IMG/VR virus record: IMGVR_UViG_3300034691_000044
Coordinates: 1-64,000 of that record
Source of the DNA: a virus
Taxonomy: Duplodnaviria > Caudoviricetes
DNA length: 64,000 bases
Strand: one strand, 5' to 3'
Below, one piece after another: positions 29,051-37,133 of the stretch. Position numbers and translations under genes: made by a program. The notes beneath the pieces were generated by a model, which did not search any database, was not told the DNA's origin, and saw only the letters and a list, made by a program, of their open reading frames with translations. The first letter of the stretch is position 1, and each line of letters opens with the position of its first letter.

Positions 29051-29487
29051 GCACTGAAAAGCAGCTGTACCTTGCACTGAAGAACATTCTGGAGCCATAC
29101 CGTTCAGGTATGGAATCGGGAGACTGGTGCGGTGAGCCAAATGCCCAGACAAAAAAGGAAATTGCTGACGCTGAGGAAGCATTAGCGTGCTTTGAACTGG
29201 ACCTTGGCCCGTTGCCTGATTGGGCATCTGCCCACAACATTGCACAAGAACCTGTGACATATGCACAGCTTTTCACCCGGAACCCTCGCCGTAATGGCAA
29301 TGCCATGATCTTCTACGTAGGTACTTCCCATTTCGGTGTTATCACCGACATGGGTAACGCTATGACACTGAGTCTTGTGGAGTTGCATCAATTGTACGAG
29401 ATTGGTGACTACATCATGGACGAACGTGGTTATGAGAAGCGTAAGCGCCAACGTGACGATTATATGGTTCCGTTGGAGGCTGACTGA
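29047..29487 (+). CDS. Hypothetical protein inserted between the RNAP subunits
   Basis: AQL.TRN.RRNGNA...VITDMGN motif. Confidence 0.65.
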   Translation: MSTEKQLYLALKNILEPYRSGMESGDWCGEPNAQTKKEIADAEEALACFELDLGPLPDWASAHNIAQEPVTYAQLFTRNPRRNGNAMIFYVGTSHFGVITDMGNAMTLSLVELHQLYEIGDYIMDERGYEKRKRQRDDYMVPLEAD

Positions 29488-29777
29488 TGGCAAGACTGTT
29501 CATTCGGCATAAACCGGTGGATTGCAACGTACAGATGGGCAAGTCCAGCGAAAATATGTTCTTAATGCGTCGTGATGTACTAACTGCGCATGGAATTAGC
29601 CTGGATGCTTACTCAATCGACTGTGCATACGTCTGTGTTGCGCATGAAGGTAAGATATGGGCAGTAAGGAGCTTCGGGGCACACCCTGAAAGCTCCATTG
29701 TCCGTGTGCAGTGCGTTCCTCTAGACGATCAGCCATGTGTGCAACAGATGCTGCTGACTGGCATGATTCTCAATTAA
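29487..29777 (+). CDS. Hypothetical protein, possible divergent motif-family member
   Basis: Ends QPCVQQMLLTGMILN. Confidence 0.6.
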   Translation: MARLFIRHKPVDCNVQMGKSSENMFLMRRDVLTAHGISLDAYSIDCAYVCVAHEGKIWAVRSFGAHPESSIVRVQCVPLDDQPCVQQMLLTGMILN

Positions 29778-29792
29778 TTAAGGTGAATAACC

Positions 29793-31046
29793 ATGCGTAC
29801 ATACACTGCTTTTGAATTTCTGTGCATCGACATAGCGAACCAGAACGACTTAGATAAGAAGCTGTTCGAAGAACGAATCCAGTGGGTGAAAGAGAATTTC
29901 AACCGCCTGCTGTTCCTTCAAACCAGCAAGAAAGAACGTCCGCTGTACCTCAAGGCTGTGAACGCCCTGTACCGCGCCTGCAAGGGCGAGGCTATCGGCC
30001 ACATGGTTGGCCTAGATGCAACCTGCTCGGGCATGAGCATCATGTCCGTAGTCACCAAGTGCTATAAAGGATGCCTGGCCACAAACCTGATCGACCCGGA
30101 CTCCCGGAACGATGCCTACACCATGGTCACCAACGCCGCTGGCGATATGCTGGATGGCGACTTGATCGTCACCCGGCAAGATGCCAAAGACGCAACCATG
30201 ACCACTCTGTACGGTTCCCAAGCCAAGCCGCGTGAGATCTTCGGTACTGATACCGAGGAACTGGATGCTTTCTATGCTGGCTTGGTGGCGACTGCACCAA
30301 AGGCTGTGGAACTGCTGGGTGACCTGCGCATGGCGTGGCAACCCTTTGCCCTGGAACACCGTTGGGTATGCCCGGACAACTTCAACGTCCGCATCAAGGT
30401 GATGCAGAAGGTGGAAGGTGAGCGTGTGGAAGTCGACGAACTCGACGGTGCATCGTTCACCTACGAGTATTACGTCAACGAAGGCACCAAAACTGACCTG
30501 AAGCTAGTGGCCAATGTGACTCACTCACTGGACGCCTACCTGCTCCGTTCTATGGAGCGCCGCTGCAACTACGATCAATCCAAAGTGCAAACTGCCCTAT
30601 ATATCTTGGGCGGGATGCAAGATGGTCGCCGTATGGGCGAGGAAGTCGAACAAGACTTGGGCGAAGCCTCCAACCTTGCACAACAGCTCATTGCTGTGTG
30701 GGGTGGCTGTGAAATGCCTGATGCTCGCTTGCTCAACGAGCTTACTCGTACTGACGTGCAGTTCATGAGTGATAAGCACATTGAGCAGATGATTGCATTG
30801 GCAAACCAGTTGCTGGAACGTGAACCATTCGAAATCGTGACGGTGCATGATGAATTTAAATGCCACGCCAACAATTGCAACTGGATGCGTCTCACTTACG
30901 CACAAATCATGGCCGACCTGGCCCGTGCGCGCGTACTTGAGGACATCTACGAGCAGATCACCGGCATGACGCCGACTTACAAAGACCAAATGGATGGAGA
31001 CGAGCTTGCAGCTCTGATCCTGAACTCAAACTACGCCTTGTCGTAA
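29793..31046 (+). CDS. RNA polymerase II subunit 2 (N4 gp16-like)
   Basis: LDATCSG (motif A), R.DAK.ATMT..YGS (B), ANVTHSLD, TVHDEF (C). Confidence 0.93.
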   Translation: MRTYTAFEFLCIDIANQNDLDKKLFEERIQWVKENFNRLLFLQTSKKERPLYLKAVNALYRACKGEAIGHMVGLDATCSGMSIMSVVTKCYKGCLATNLIDPDSRNDAYTMVTNAAGDMLDGDLIVTRQDAKDATMTTLYGSQAKPREIFGTDTEELDAFYAGLVATAPKAVELLGDLRMAWQPFALEHRWVCPDNFNVRIKVMQKVEGERVEVDELDGASFTYEYYVNEGTKTDLKLVANVTHSLDAYLLRSMERRCNYDQSKVQTALYILGGMQDGRRMGEEVEQDLGEASNLAQQLIAVWGGCEMPDARLLNELTRTDVQFMSDKHIEQMIALANQLLEREPFEIVTVHDEFKCHANNCNWMRLTYAQIMADLARARVLEDIYEQITGMTPTYKDQMDGDELAALILNSNYALS

Positions 31047-31054
31047 GAAGAAGC

Positions 31055-31084
31055 GTGCGGTCCCCGCACTTGGATGATCCTTCC
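31055..31084. repeat. Intergenic hairpin element copy 1
   Basis: GTGCGG-TCC-CCGCAC..TGATCCTTCC; second copy at 35326. Confidence 0.6.
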
Positions 31085-31111
31085 CCTCACGGGGGAGGAG
31101 ATTCTTTTTTT
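31078..31111 (+). terminator. Terminator after RNAP2
   Basis: CCTTCCCC-TCAC-GGGGGAGG followed by a T run. Confidence 0.6.
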
Positions 31112-31141
31112 CTTGAGAAGACGCCCTAGAAGAGGGCTGAG

Positions 31142-31906
31142 GTGAGTAAACCAATGATTAAAGACAAATTCGCAGCTGAGCTTGCTCAAGCTGCCGAGAA
31201 CGTGGCCAACCACACAGTCGAACTGGTTTCGGGTGTTGGCAAGTATGGCACCAATGAAATCTGGCGCTGCACCAACAATGGCAGTTCCTGCTACGGCTTT
31301 GACCTTGTCATCAGCCGCTTCGGCATTGCCATGTATGGCGACGTTGATTCGCTGGTGTTTGGGGTTGGTTCCAGTTATGGAATCGAGTTCCTGGCCCGCC
31401 AGTCAGTCTGTGGGTACATGATCAGCAAACTGGAACCGGAATATCGTGAGAAACGCGAGCTTGACGAAGACAAACTGCGCCAAGTACTAGTTGAGCAAGG
31501 ATGCCAGCTATTGGAAGCGGAGTTTGTGCCTTATGTGGAAGAAGGTCAGGACGACTACAATGGCTTGCCTGAATGGCTCCACAGTGCCGACTACCGTGAC
31601 CAGGATCTGAATAAGGTTCTGGAAGAGCTTAAAAAGCACGCGCCTGAACATCCCCATTGCAAATTCGAGGAATTCTGCGACTGCGTAGAAGAACTGCTAG
31701 AAGATCGTGCCCCTAACGGCCTTCAGGCAGTCGAAGCATTCCTTGCTGAGAACTGCACCGAGTTGTATCTCGGGCCAGAGTGGTATGAGTACGCAATCTC
31801 TAAGCACGACAGTCGTTTGATTCAAAGACTGGAAATGCTGCGCTTGTGTGCATTGAAGATCGCAGAAGTAAAAAAGGCTGGTGATAGCACCGAGGAACAC
31901 GCATAA
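31142..31906 (+). CDS. Conserved phage hypothetical protein
   Basis: GAGG RBS; acidic, 254 aa. Confidence 0.7.
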   Translation: MSKPMIKDKFAAELAQAAENVANHTVELVSGVGKYGTNEIWRCTNNGSSCYGFDLVISRFGIAMYGDVDSLVFGVGSSYGIEFLARQSVCGYMISKLEPEYREKRELDEDKLRQVLVEQGCQLLEAEFVPYVEEGQDDYNGLPEWLHSADYRDQDLNKVLEELKKHAPEHPHCKFEEFCDCVEELLEDRAPNGLQAVEAFLAENCTELYLGPEWYEYAISKHDSRLIQRLEMLRLCALKIAEVKKAGDSTEEHA

Positions 31907-31953
31907 AAAACAAAGCCAGCAATTAAGCTGGCCTTGCCCACCTGCGGGAGCTT

Positions 31954-32835
31954 TTAGCTCACACGAGTGTTGGCCGCGGTCTGAGTACCAGATGCTGCCA
32001 TGGTGCCGCTGTTGAAGATGGTCTGACCTTGACGCACGACTTGAATGTCGTTGGCCAGGTTGCTGACCAGCGCATTCAGCTGAATGATGGCCTGAGTTTG
32101 TTGCTGGGACTGGTTTTGCGCCTGCATTTGCTGCGCAGTAGCAGTGTTGGTGTTCGTGATATTGATTTCAGTCTCACGAATGCGCCCGGTAGAACGTTGC
32201 TCTGCCAGGGCGGCTTCAGCCACAGTCAGCTGACGTTGCAGGTTGGCAGTGTTCTGATCATTCAGCGCTGCCAAGATTTCCTTGGTGCTCGAAGAAATAG
32301 CCACTTGAGTAGCGAACTGCGCGTCTTTAGTAGCGGTGAGGTTGGCAACGCCGTATGCGGCGACAGACTCACGAGTAGCAGCCGCCGAAGACAGGATGTT
32401 GGTGTTGAGGTTGTTTTGACTAGCCAGGGAAGTGGCAATCGCGTCAGAAACGTTTTTGTTGATGGTCGATTGACCCGTCAAGGTAGCCAACAGGTTGGTG
32501 TTCAGCTGGCCAGTAATGGCAGCTTGAGAGCCGGCCAATGCCAGTTGTACCTGACCTTCCGCCAGAGGGATCGACGCTTTAATGTCGCCCAGGCTCTGCA
32601 AGACAGTCGTGCTTTGCAGCGCATCCGTCACACCGGCCAGCCCAGCAGTCAGTTGGGTTGGTGTAACAAAACCTTCACCGGCTGCACGGGCTACTTCAGC
32701 ACCGTTGCCACCCAGGAGACCACGGTTGCCCAGTAGGGCACCGCCCAGAATACCACCCAGAAGCCCGCCGCCCAGGCCAGCGCCGAGACCCGCACCAGCG
32801 CCGCCACCACCTGCCAATTCGATTACGTCAGTCAT
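31954..32835 (-). CDS. Glycine-zipper plus Q/T/N-rich coiled-coil protein, oriented against its neighbours
   Basis: GAGLGAGLGGGLLGGILGGALLG N-terminus; AAGGTG RBS; terminator-like GCCAGC/GCTGGC hairpin with A tract at ~31905-31932. Confidence 0.75.
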   Translation of the reverse strand: MTDVIELAGGGGAGAGLGAGLGGGLLGGILGGALLGNRGLLGGNGAEVARAAGEGFVTPTQLTAGLAGVTDALQSTTVLQSLGDIKASIPLAEGQVQLALAGSQAAITGQLNTNLLATLTGQSTINKNVSDAIATSLASQNNLNTNILSSAAATRESVAAYGVANLTATKDAQFATQVAISSSTKEILAALNDQNTANLQRQLTVAEAALAEQRSTGRIRETEINITNTNTATAQQMQAQNQSQQQTQAIIQLNALVSNLANDIQVVRQGQTIFNSGTMAASGTQTAANTRVS

Positions 32836-33007
32836 TATGTTCACCTTTTCAAACGGTTTTAGATGTACCGCTCAAAAAGCATGAACCATTTTTAGGTGTC
32901 GTAGTTCACACCTCTTTGAATGTAACAGCAGAGTGTTTCCTGCACTGTTTACTCCATTTGGCAATAGGGATATAAGTATTCCGCCAAATGTCACAATGGA
33001 GTGTTAC

Positions 33008-33184
33008 ATGAAAAAATGTGTTATGTGCGGAAGCAAATTGCAGGCATGCTTAGAGTGTGGTGAGTTTTTTCACTCCACGAACGAGAAGCATGTTTATTGC
33101 CGCAGTCGGTGTCGCACACGCAAACATCGGCGGCTGGCAGCAGACAATTTTAAAACCAGTGAAATAGGTGAGCTAAATGGCTGA
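33008..33184 (+). CDS. Small zinc-finger protein
   Basis: CxxC...CxxC...YCRSRCR. Confidence 0.6.
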   Translation: MKKCVMCGSKLQACLECGEFFHSTNEKHVYCRSRCRTRKHRRLAADNFKTSEIGELNG

Positions 33185-33617
33185 TTTAATGGGACTTGTT
33201 GGGCAATACGGTGATGTAGCTGCACAGGTTATCGGCAAAGTATCCGCGCTTAAAAAGCGGCTGGATAATAGCCATTCGACGTACTCCGCTGAGCATGCAG
33301 CCATCTTTGAAGAGATGGGTATTCTGCAAGCAGAAATCAACGAAGTTGCTTCGGTACTCCGCAACCACATCAATATTGATGAAATGGCGCGGGTAGCTGA
33401 GGCGCAAGAATTTGCGTTAGTAGAAGACGCAGTAGTTGAAGAAGCCGGCGAACTCGCCGCAATTCAAACCGAACTGCATGCTGCTGCTTGTGCAGTTTGC
33501 GAAGATGCCCGAGCAACTGTATTACAGATGACGAATACCCAAACGGGTGTTAAACGTCCTCTGATGTTGGTCGATGGCAACTTGATTGAAAAGTTGAGAA
33601 AACACACCTCTTATTAA
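33177..33617 (+). CDS. Hypothetical coiled-coil protein
   Basis: 146-aa ORF followed by a terminator (AGGCGTACT/AGTACGCCT plus T run, ~33632-33662). Confidence 0.65.
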   Translation: MADLMGLVGQYGDVAAQVIGKVSALKKRLDNSHSTYSAEHAAIFEEMGILQAEINEVASVLRNHINIDEMARVAEAQEFALVEDAVVEEAGELAAIQTELHAAACAVCEDARATVLQMTNTQTGVKRPLMLVDGNLIEKLRKHTSY

Positions 33618-33682
33618 CAGCACTTTGTGCAAAGGCGTACTTTTTAGTACGCCTATTTTTTTACCTAAATTAAGGCATTCAA

Positions 33683-33907
33683 ATGATCGCAGATGGCATA
33701 GAAGTTTCCCAAGAAGCAGTAGACAAGGCCACTGTGTGGGCTTGTACCCAATTGCACTTCACCTATGGTGAATTGCAGCACCAGTTGCGGCTGTATCGCG
33801 TACATGATGATGCAATTCATCGTGCCGCTGATCGTCTGCTGCAAAAGTGGAAGAAAGACGGCAAAGTCGTATTCCGTAAGAGCCAGTGGCATTGGCAAGG
33901 TGCGTAA
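33683..33907 (+). CDS. Hypothetical protein (winged-helix-like)
   Basis: RAADRLLQKWKK.GKV.F...W motif. Confidence 0.65.
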   Translation: MIADGIEVSQEAVDKATVWACTQLHFTYGELQHQLRLYRVHDDAIHRAADRLLQKWKKDGKVVFRKSQWHWQGA

Positions 33908-34182
33908 TGCACGCGACAAAGATCATTGAGCAGTACGAATCTATCACAGGGGAATCTTTCCAGGCCGCGTTGAATCGCATGGCCAAAGAGAACCGGACTG
34001 GTACTGAAGCTGCTGAATTTCTTGGTTTCTGCGACAAGCAACGCCTTGACATTGTAATCAAACGTCTTGGCTACGAGCCTGTCGCATTCCGCGGCCGGCG
34101 TATGCCTGGTATGTCCAAATCGGCACAACGTGCCCGGAGAGCAAGACAACGTGAAAAAGATCGGGGAACCCCGTCGGCATGA
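33907..34182 (+). CDS. Hypothetical protein (HTH-like)
   Basis: TEAAEFLGF; TAATG coupling to the previous gene. Confidence 0.55.
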   Translation: MHATKIIEQYESITGESFQAALNRMAKENRTGTEAAEFLGFCDKQRLDIVIKRLGYEPVAFRGRRMPGMSKSAQRARRARQREKDRGTPSA

Positions 34183-34432
34183 GGTCGACGCAGTAGAAGT
34201 TCAACGCATCGCATTCCTCGTTGAGGAGTCGGATGTGGGTAAGACCCAAAAGATGTACTTGGGGCAAACGCCCTACACCTTCCTGCCCGACGACGTAGGT
34301 CGTCTGTTGGAAGTGGTCAAAAACAAATCCCCGGGCTTTATGTCTTGGGGTTTCGGTTCCATCTTCGCGGATCTGCGTGAGCAGTTCCCGAATCCTAAAC
34401 CTTACATGGGGGCGCCCAGCGCCAAGGACTAA
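34151..34432 (+). CDS. Hypothetical protein
   Basis: GTG start after GGAG, within ORF 34067-34432. Confidence 0.55.
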   Translation: MKKIGEPRRHEVDAVEVQRIAFLVEESDVGKTQKMYLGQTPYTFLPDDVGRLLEVVKNKSPGFMSWGFGSIFADLREQFPNPKPYMGAPSAKD

Positions 34433-34434
34433 AT

Positions 34435-34623
34435 ATGCCTGTCATTAAGCATTCGTTCGCCGGTTTGACTGGCGACCCGTTCTCCAATCTGACCGTAGAA
34501 GTGACGGACGATAAAGTTCTGATTTCTTCAGGCAGTTACGAGAAAGAAGTTACTGTTGCTTTAACGCATACGGAAACACAACGTTTGATCCGAACCCTGA
34601 ATAAGGAGTTGGATCGTGCCTAA
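34435..34623 (+). CDS. Hypothetical protein
   Basis: AAGGA RBS. Confidence 0.6.
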   Translation: MPVIKHSFAGLTGDPFSNLTVEVTDDKVLISSGSYEKEVTVALTHTETQRLIRTLNKELDRA

Positions 34624-34798
34624 AATGAAGATATTCAGTGTGGTCTGGATCGACCAAGGCAATTGTGAAATTGCCGAGGTGCGTATCGAGGCTTGCACCA
34701 TCCCCGGGGCATTTGCACCTGCATATAACGGCCTGTCCCGTAAACAATTCGCGGCTGTCCAAAAGGAAGCCGTTTCCGTCGTAGTTAAGGAGCTGTAA
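34616..34798 (+). CDS. Hypothetical protein
   Basis: AAGGAG RBS, overlapping chain of genes. Confidence 0.55.
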   Translation: MPKMKIFSVVWIDQGNCEIAEVRIEACTIPGAFAPAYNGLSRKQFAAVQKEAVSVVVKEL

Positions 34799-35097
34799 TG
34801 ATCCGACAGTACAAACTGTTAAGCGACAGCAAAATTGAACCGCAAGCGGTCAAAGGCTCTGTTGTCTACAAATCTGCGAAGCATGACTACGGTTGTGCTT
34901 CTGATGACACCCGCCATACGGGTATTCAGCATATCAGCGTGACTTTCAAAGCTGATGGCGATTATCCGTTTTTCACCCACCCATTGAACCAACTTGAGGA
35001 AATTCTCAGTGAGCAAGAACAACCAACGCAACCAATCCGAAATCAACCTGGGCAACGAGACCTACAATCGTGGGTATTCCGACGGTTTGGTGGGTAA
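34798..35097 (+). CDS. Conserved phage hypothetical protein
   Basis: HDYGCASDDTRHTGI.HISVT...GDYPFFT motif. Confidence 0.7.
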   Translation: MIRQYKLLSDSKIEPQAVKGSVVYKSAKHDYGCASDDTRHTGIQHISVTFKADGDYPFFTHPLNQLEEILSEQEQPTQPIRNQPGQRDLQSWVFRRFGG

Positions 35098-35317
35098 CCC
35101 CAAAACCATCAAGAAAACTCACCGGCATGCCCATCGTTACCACATCGGCTACCGTCACGGCCAGGATCAAACCAAACGCGCAACCGGTGCCCCGCTGACC
35201 CTGATCAGTGAGAACGTGGCCCATGTTCACCACAAGCTGCCATCTTCTTCGGCGCCGTTGCCTACTGGCAAACCTGCTGGCTTCTGGGCGCGCTTTACTC
35301 GCTGGATGAAATCCTGA
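35009..35317 (+). CDS. Hypothetical protein with Y..GY..G repeats
   Basis: GAGG RBS before GTG at ~35009; overlaps the previous ORF. Confidence 0.5.
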   Translation: MSKNNQRNQSEINLGNETYNRGYSDGLVGNPKTIKKTHRHAHRYHIGYRHGQDQTKRATGAPLTLISENVAHVHHKLPSSSAPLPTGKPAGFWARFTRWMKS

Positions 35318-35325
35318 GTTGAGTT

Positions 35326-35355
35326 CTGCGGTCCCCGCAGTCTGGTGACCCTTCC
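35326..35355. repeat. Intergenic hairpin element copy 2
   Basis: CTGCGG-TCC-CCGCAG..TGACCCTTCC. Confidence 0.6.
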
Positions 35356-35401
35356 ATAATTAAACGCCTGGGTACGCCCAGGCAACAGGAGCATATCCAA
35401 C

Positions 35402-35821
35402 ATGTCCAAAGCACAAAATCTGGCCATCCCCAAGAAGGCCGTGGATGCGTTCATCGCTTCCATGAATGGGAAGATGTCGCCGGCTGAACAAGCCGCTGCG
35501 GCCCGCACTTTGATCGACGCACTGAAGAAGGCATCCGCCCTGGTAGATAAAGGCTACCACCGGAAAGAGCTGACCGTCTGTGACGTGAAGCTGGGCTATG
35601 CCAGCCCGAAAGATGTCGATCGATTCCTGCGTGATGAAATTCCTCGACTAACGGTGTATCGTAGCAAGAAACCCGCCCGAAATATGGGCGTATTCTCGCA
35701 ACGACCGCCAAAGGTCTACAAGGAACGCCAGTCATGCACGACCGAGAAAAAGAGTACCGTCAATACTACTACGGGGACTCGCAAAAGGGCTGCAAAGCCG
35801 AAAGAATCGTCTACGCAGTAG
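35402..35821 (+). CDS. Hypothetical basic protein
   Basis: AGGAG RBS. Confidence 0.6.
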   Translation: MSKAQNLAIPKKAVDAFIASMNGKMSPAEQAAAARTLIDALKKASALVDKGYHRKELTVCDVKLGYASPKDVDRFLRDEIPRLTVYRSKKPARNMGVFSQRPPKVYKERQSCTTEKKSTVNTTTGTRKRAAKPKESSTQ

Positions 35822-36099
35822 CCGACGAAAAGCAAGTCCATATTCACTACATGCGCCATGACAACGTCATGGACGTGGTATCCACCAACGAAACGTCGTT
35901 GTTGCAGATGTTAGCCGCCCATCCGGGCAGTTTCGTCCACAGTAACCGACATATCATCATCCGTAAGCGATTCCTGCTCGGGTACGGACCTCAAGACCAC
36001 AACCCGAAGCAATTCGAGGCACATGTGCGCTTTGTACCACAACCGCTGGAAATTTCCCGGCGCCGTATCCGTTTGGCCAGGGACGCCCTAGTCAAATAG
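35734..36099 (+). CDS. Stand-alone LytTR-type DNA-binding domain protein
   Basis: I.YA.ADEK.V.IH ... SL..M ... FVHSNRHIII ... LEISRRR matches the LytTR pattern (F.R.HRS.IVN ... VSRR). Confidence 0.65.
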   Translation: MHDREKEYRQYYYGDSQKGCKAERIVYAVADEKQVHIHYMRHDNVMDVVSTNETSLLQMLAAHPGSFVHSNRHIIIRKRFLLGYGPQDHNPKQFEAHVRFVPQPLEISRRRIRLARDALVK

Positions 36100-36107
36100 A
36101 GAACTGA

Positions 36108-36317
36108 ATGCTTCGTCCGAAATACATCCGCCATCTGAAAATTCGTTCCGAAAAGCTGCGTGCCATCATGCATGACATGTGGCTTCTCGGGAACGACTCC
36201 ATCGCTTACCCCCATGAGCCTGAAGGTATCGCTGAACGCCGCCAGGTGATCACCGACCGCCTGGTGCTCGAAGGGTACGCAACCCTCGAAGAAATCCCTG
36301 ATCCTCAACCGGAGTAA
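36108..36317 (+). CDS. Hypothetical protein
   Basis: ORF in a tightly packed operon. Confidence 0.55.
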   Translation: MLRPKYIRHLKIRSEKLRAIMHDMWLLGNDSIAYPHEPEGIAERRQVITDRLVLEGYATLEEIPDPQPE

Positions 36318-36321
36318 CGCC

Positions 36322-36654
36322 ATGTGGACTGTCCGTGATTCCGACGGTGCTGAAACGCTGCATTCGATTTACCCGAGCTGGGCAGACAGTCTGGAATACC
36401 TCACGGTGATTCCGTATGTCACCCAGGCCCGCTTTGACGCGGTATCGGCAGAGTTGGTTGAAACCAAAAAGCTGCTGAAAGATGCACAGAAATTCAGCCG
36501 GCGCCATGTGGCCGTGCTGCGAAACAACGCTGAGCGTATGCGAGAAGTCGAAGCGTGCAACAACCGCTACTACTCGGTGCTCCAGCGTTACAACCTCCTG
36601 GGCGCCCTGCCAGAAACTCTGGATGACACCCCAATCATTAGTGTAAAGGTGTGA
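36322..36654 (+). CDS. Hypothetical coiled-coil protein
   Basis: GGAG RBS. Confidence 0.6.
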   Translation: MWTVRDSDGAETLHSIYPSWADSLEYLTVIPYVTQARFDAVSAELVETKKLLKDAQKFSRRHVAVLRNNAERMREVEACNNRYYSVLQRYNLLGALPETLDDTPIISVKV

Positions 36655-36655
36655 T

Positions 36656-37129
36656 ATGTCCTACATTAAAGGTTTGATCCCGGCCGACAAAGTGCCTGAA
36701 TTCCTGCAATTTATCTCCGCTGATGGTTACGACACCCGTCCCGGCGGTTCCACCTGGGAACTGGGTCAAGTGCTCCTTGATGGGCGCTGGACAGCAATTA
36801 CCACCAGCTCCAAAGGGGTAGTAGGTCTTCCTGCCGGCTTGGCCGGTTATGTCAAAGGTTTCATGCGAAATCGGCAAGAACCTGAAGGCATCACCGACAC
36901 CGAACGCCTGAACTTCATGCTGGATAAATGCCGCAAGGTGGTTGTCGAAATTGAAGGCTGGGGCAGTGAAGGTCGTCATTTTGCGGTCTACGTTGAAGAG
37001 GGCTTTATGTCCGATAAAACGTACCAGGCTGTGCGGCTTACCCAAGAAGAACTCGACGGCGCTAGCGAGCAAGGTCGGCAAATCAAACGTGAGGCAATCG
37101 ACCTCGCAATCAACGAAACCAAGGTATAA
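36656..37129 (+). CDS. Hypothetical protein
   Basis: DTERLNF...REAIDLAI motif common in phage proteins. Confidence 0.65.
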   Translation: MSYIKGLIPADKVPEFLQFISADGYDTRPGGSTWELGQVLLDGRWTAITTSSKGVVGLPAGLAGYVKGFMRNRQEPEGITDTERLNFMLDKCRKVVVEIEGWGSEGRHFAVYVEEGFMSDKTYQAVRLTQEELDGASEQGRQIKREAIDLAINETKV

Positions 37130-37133
37130 ACCA

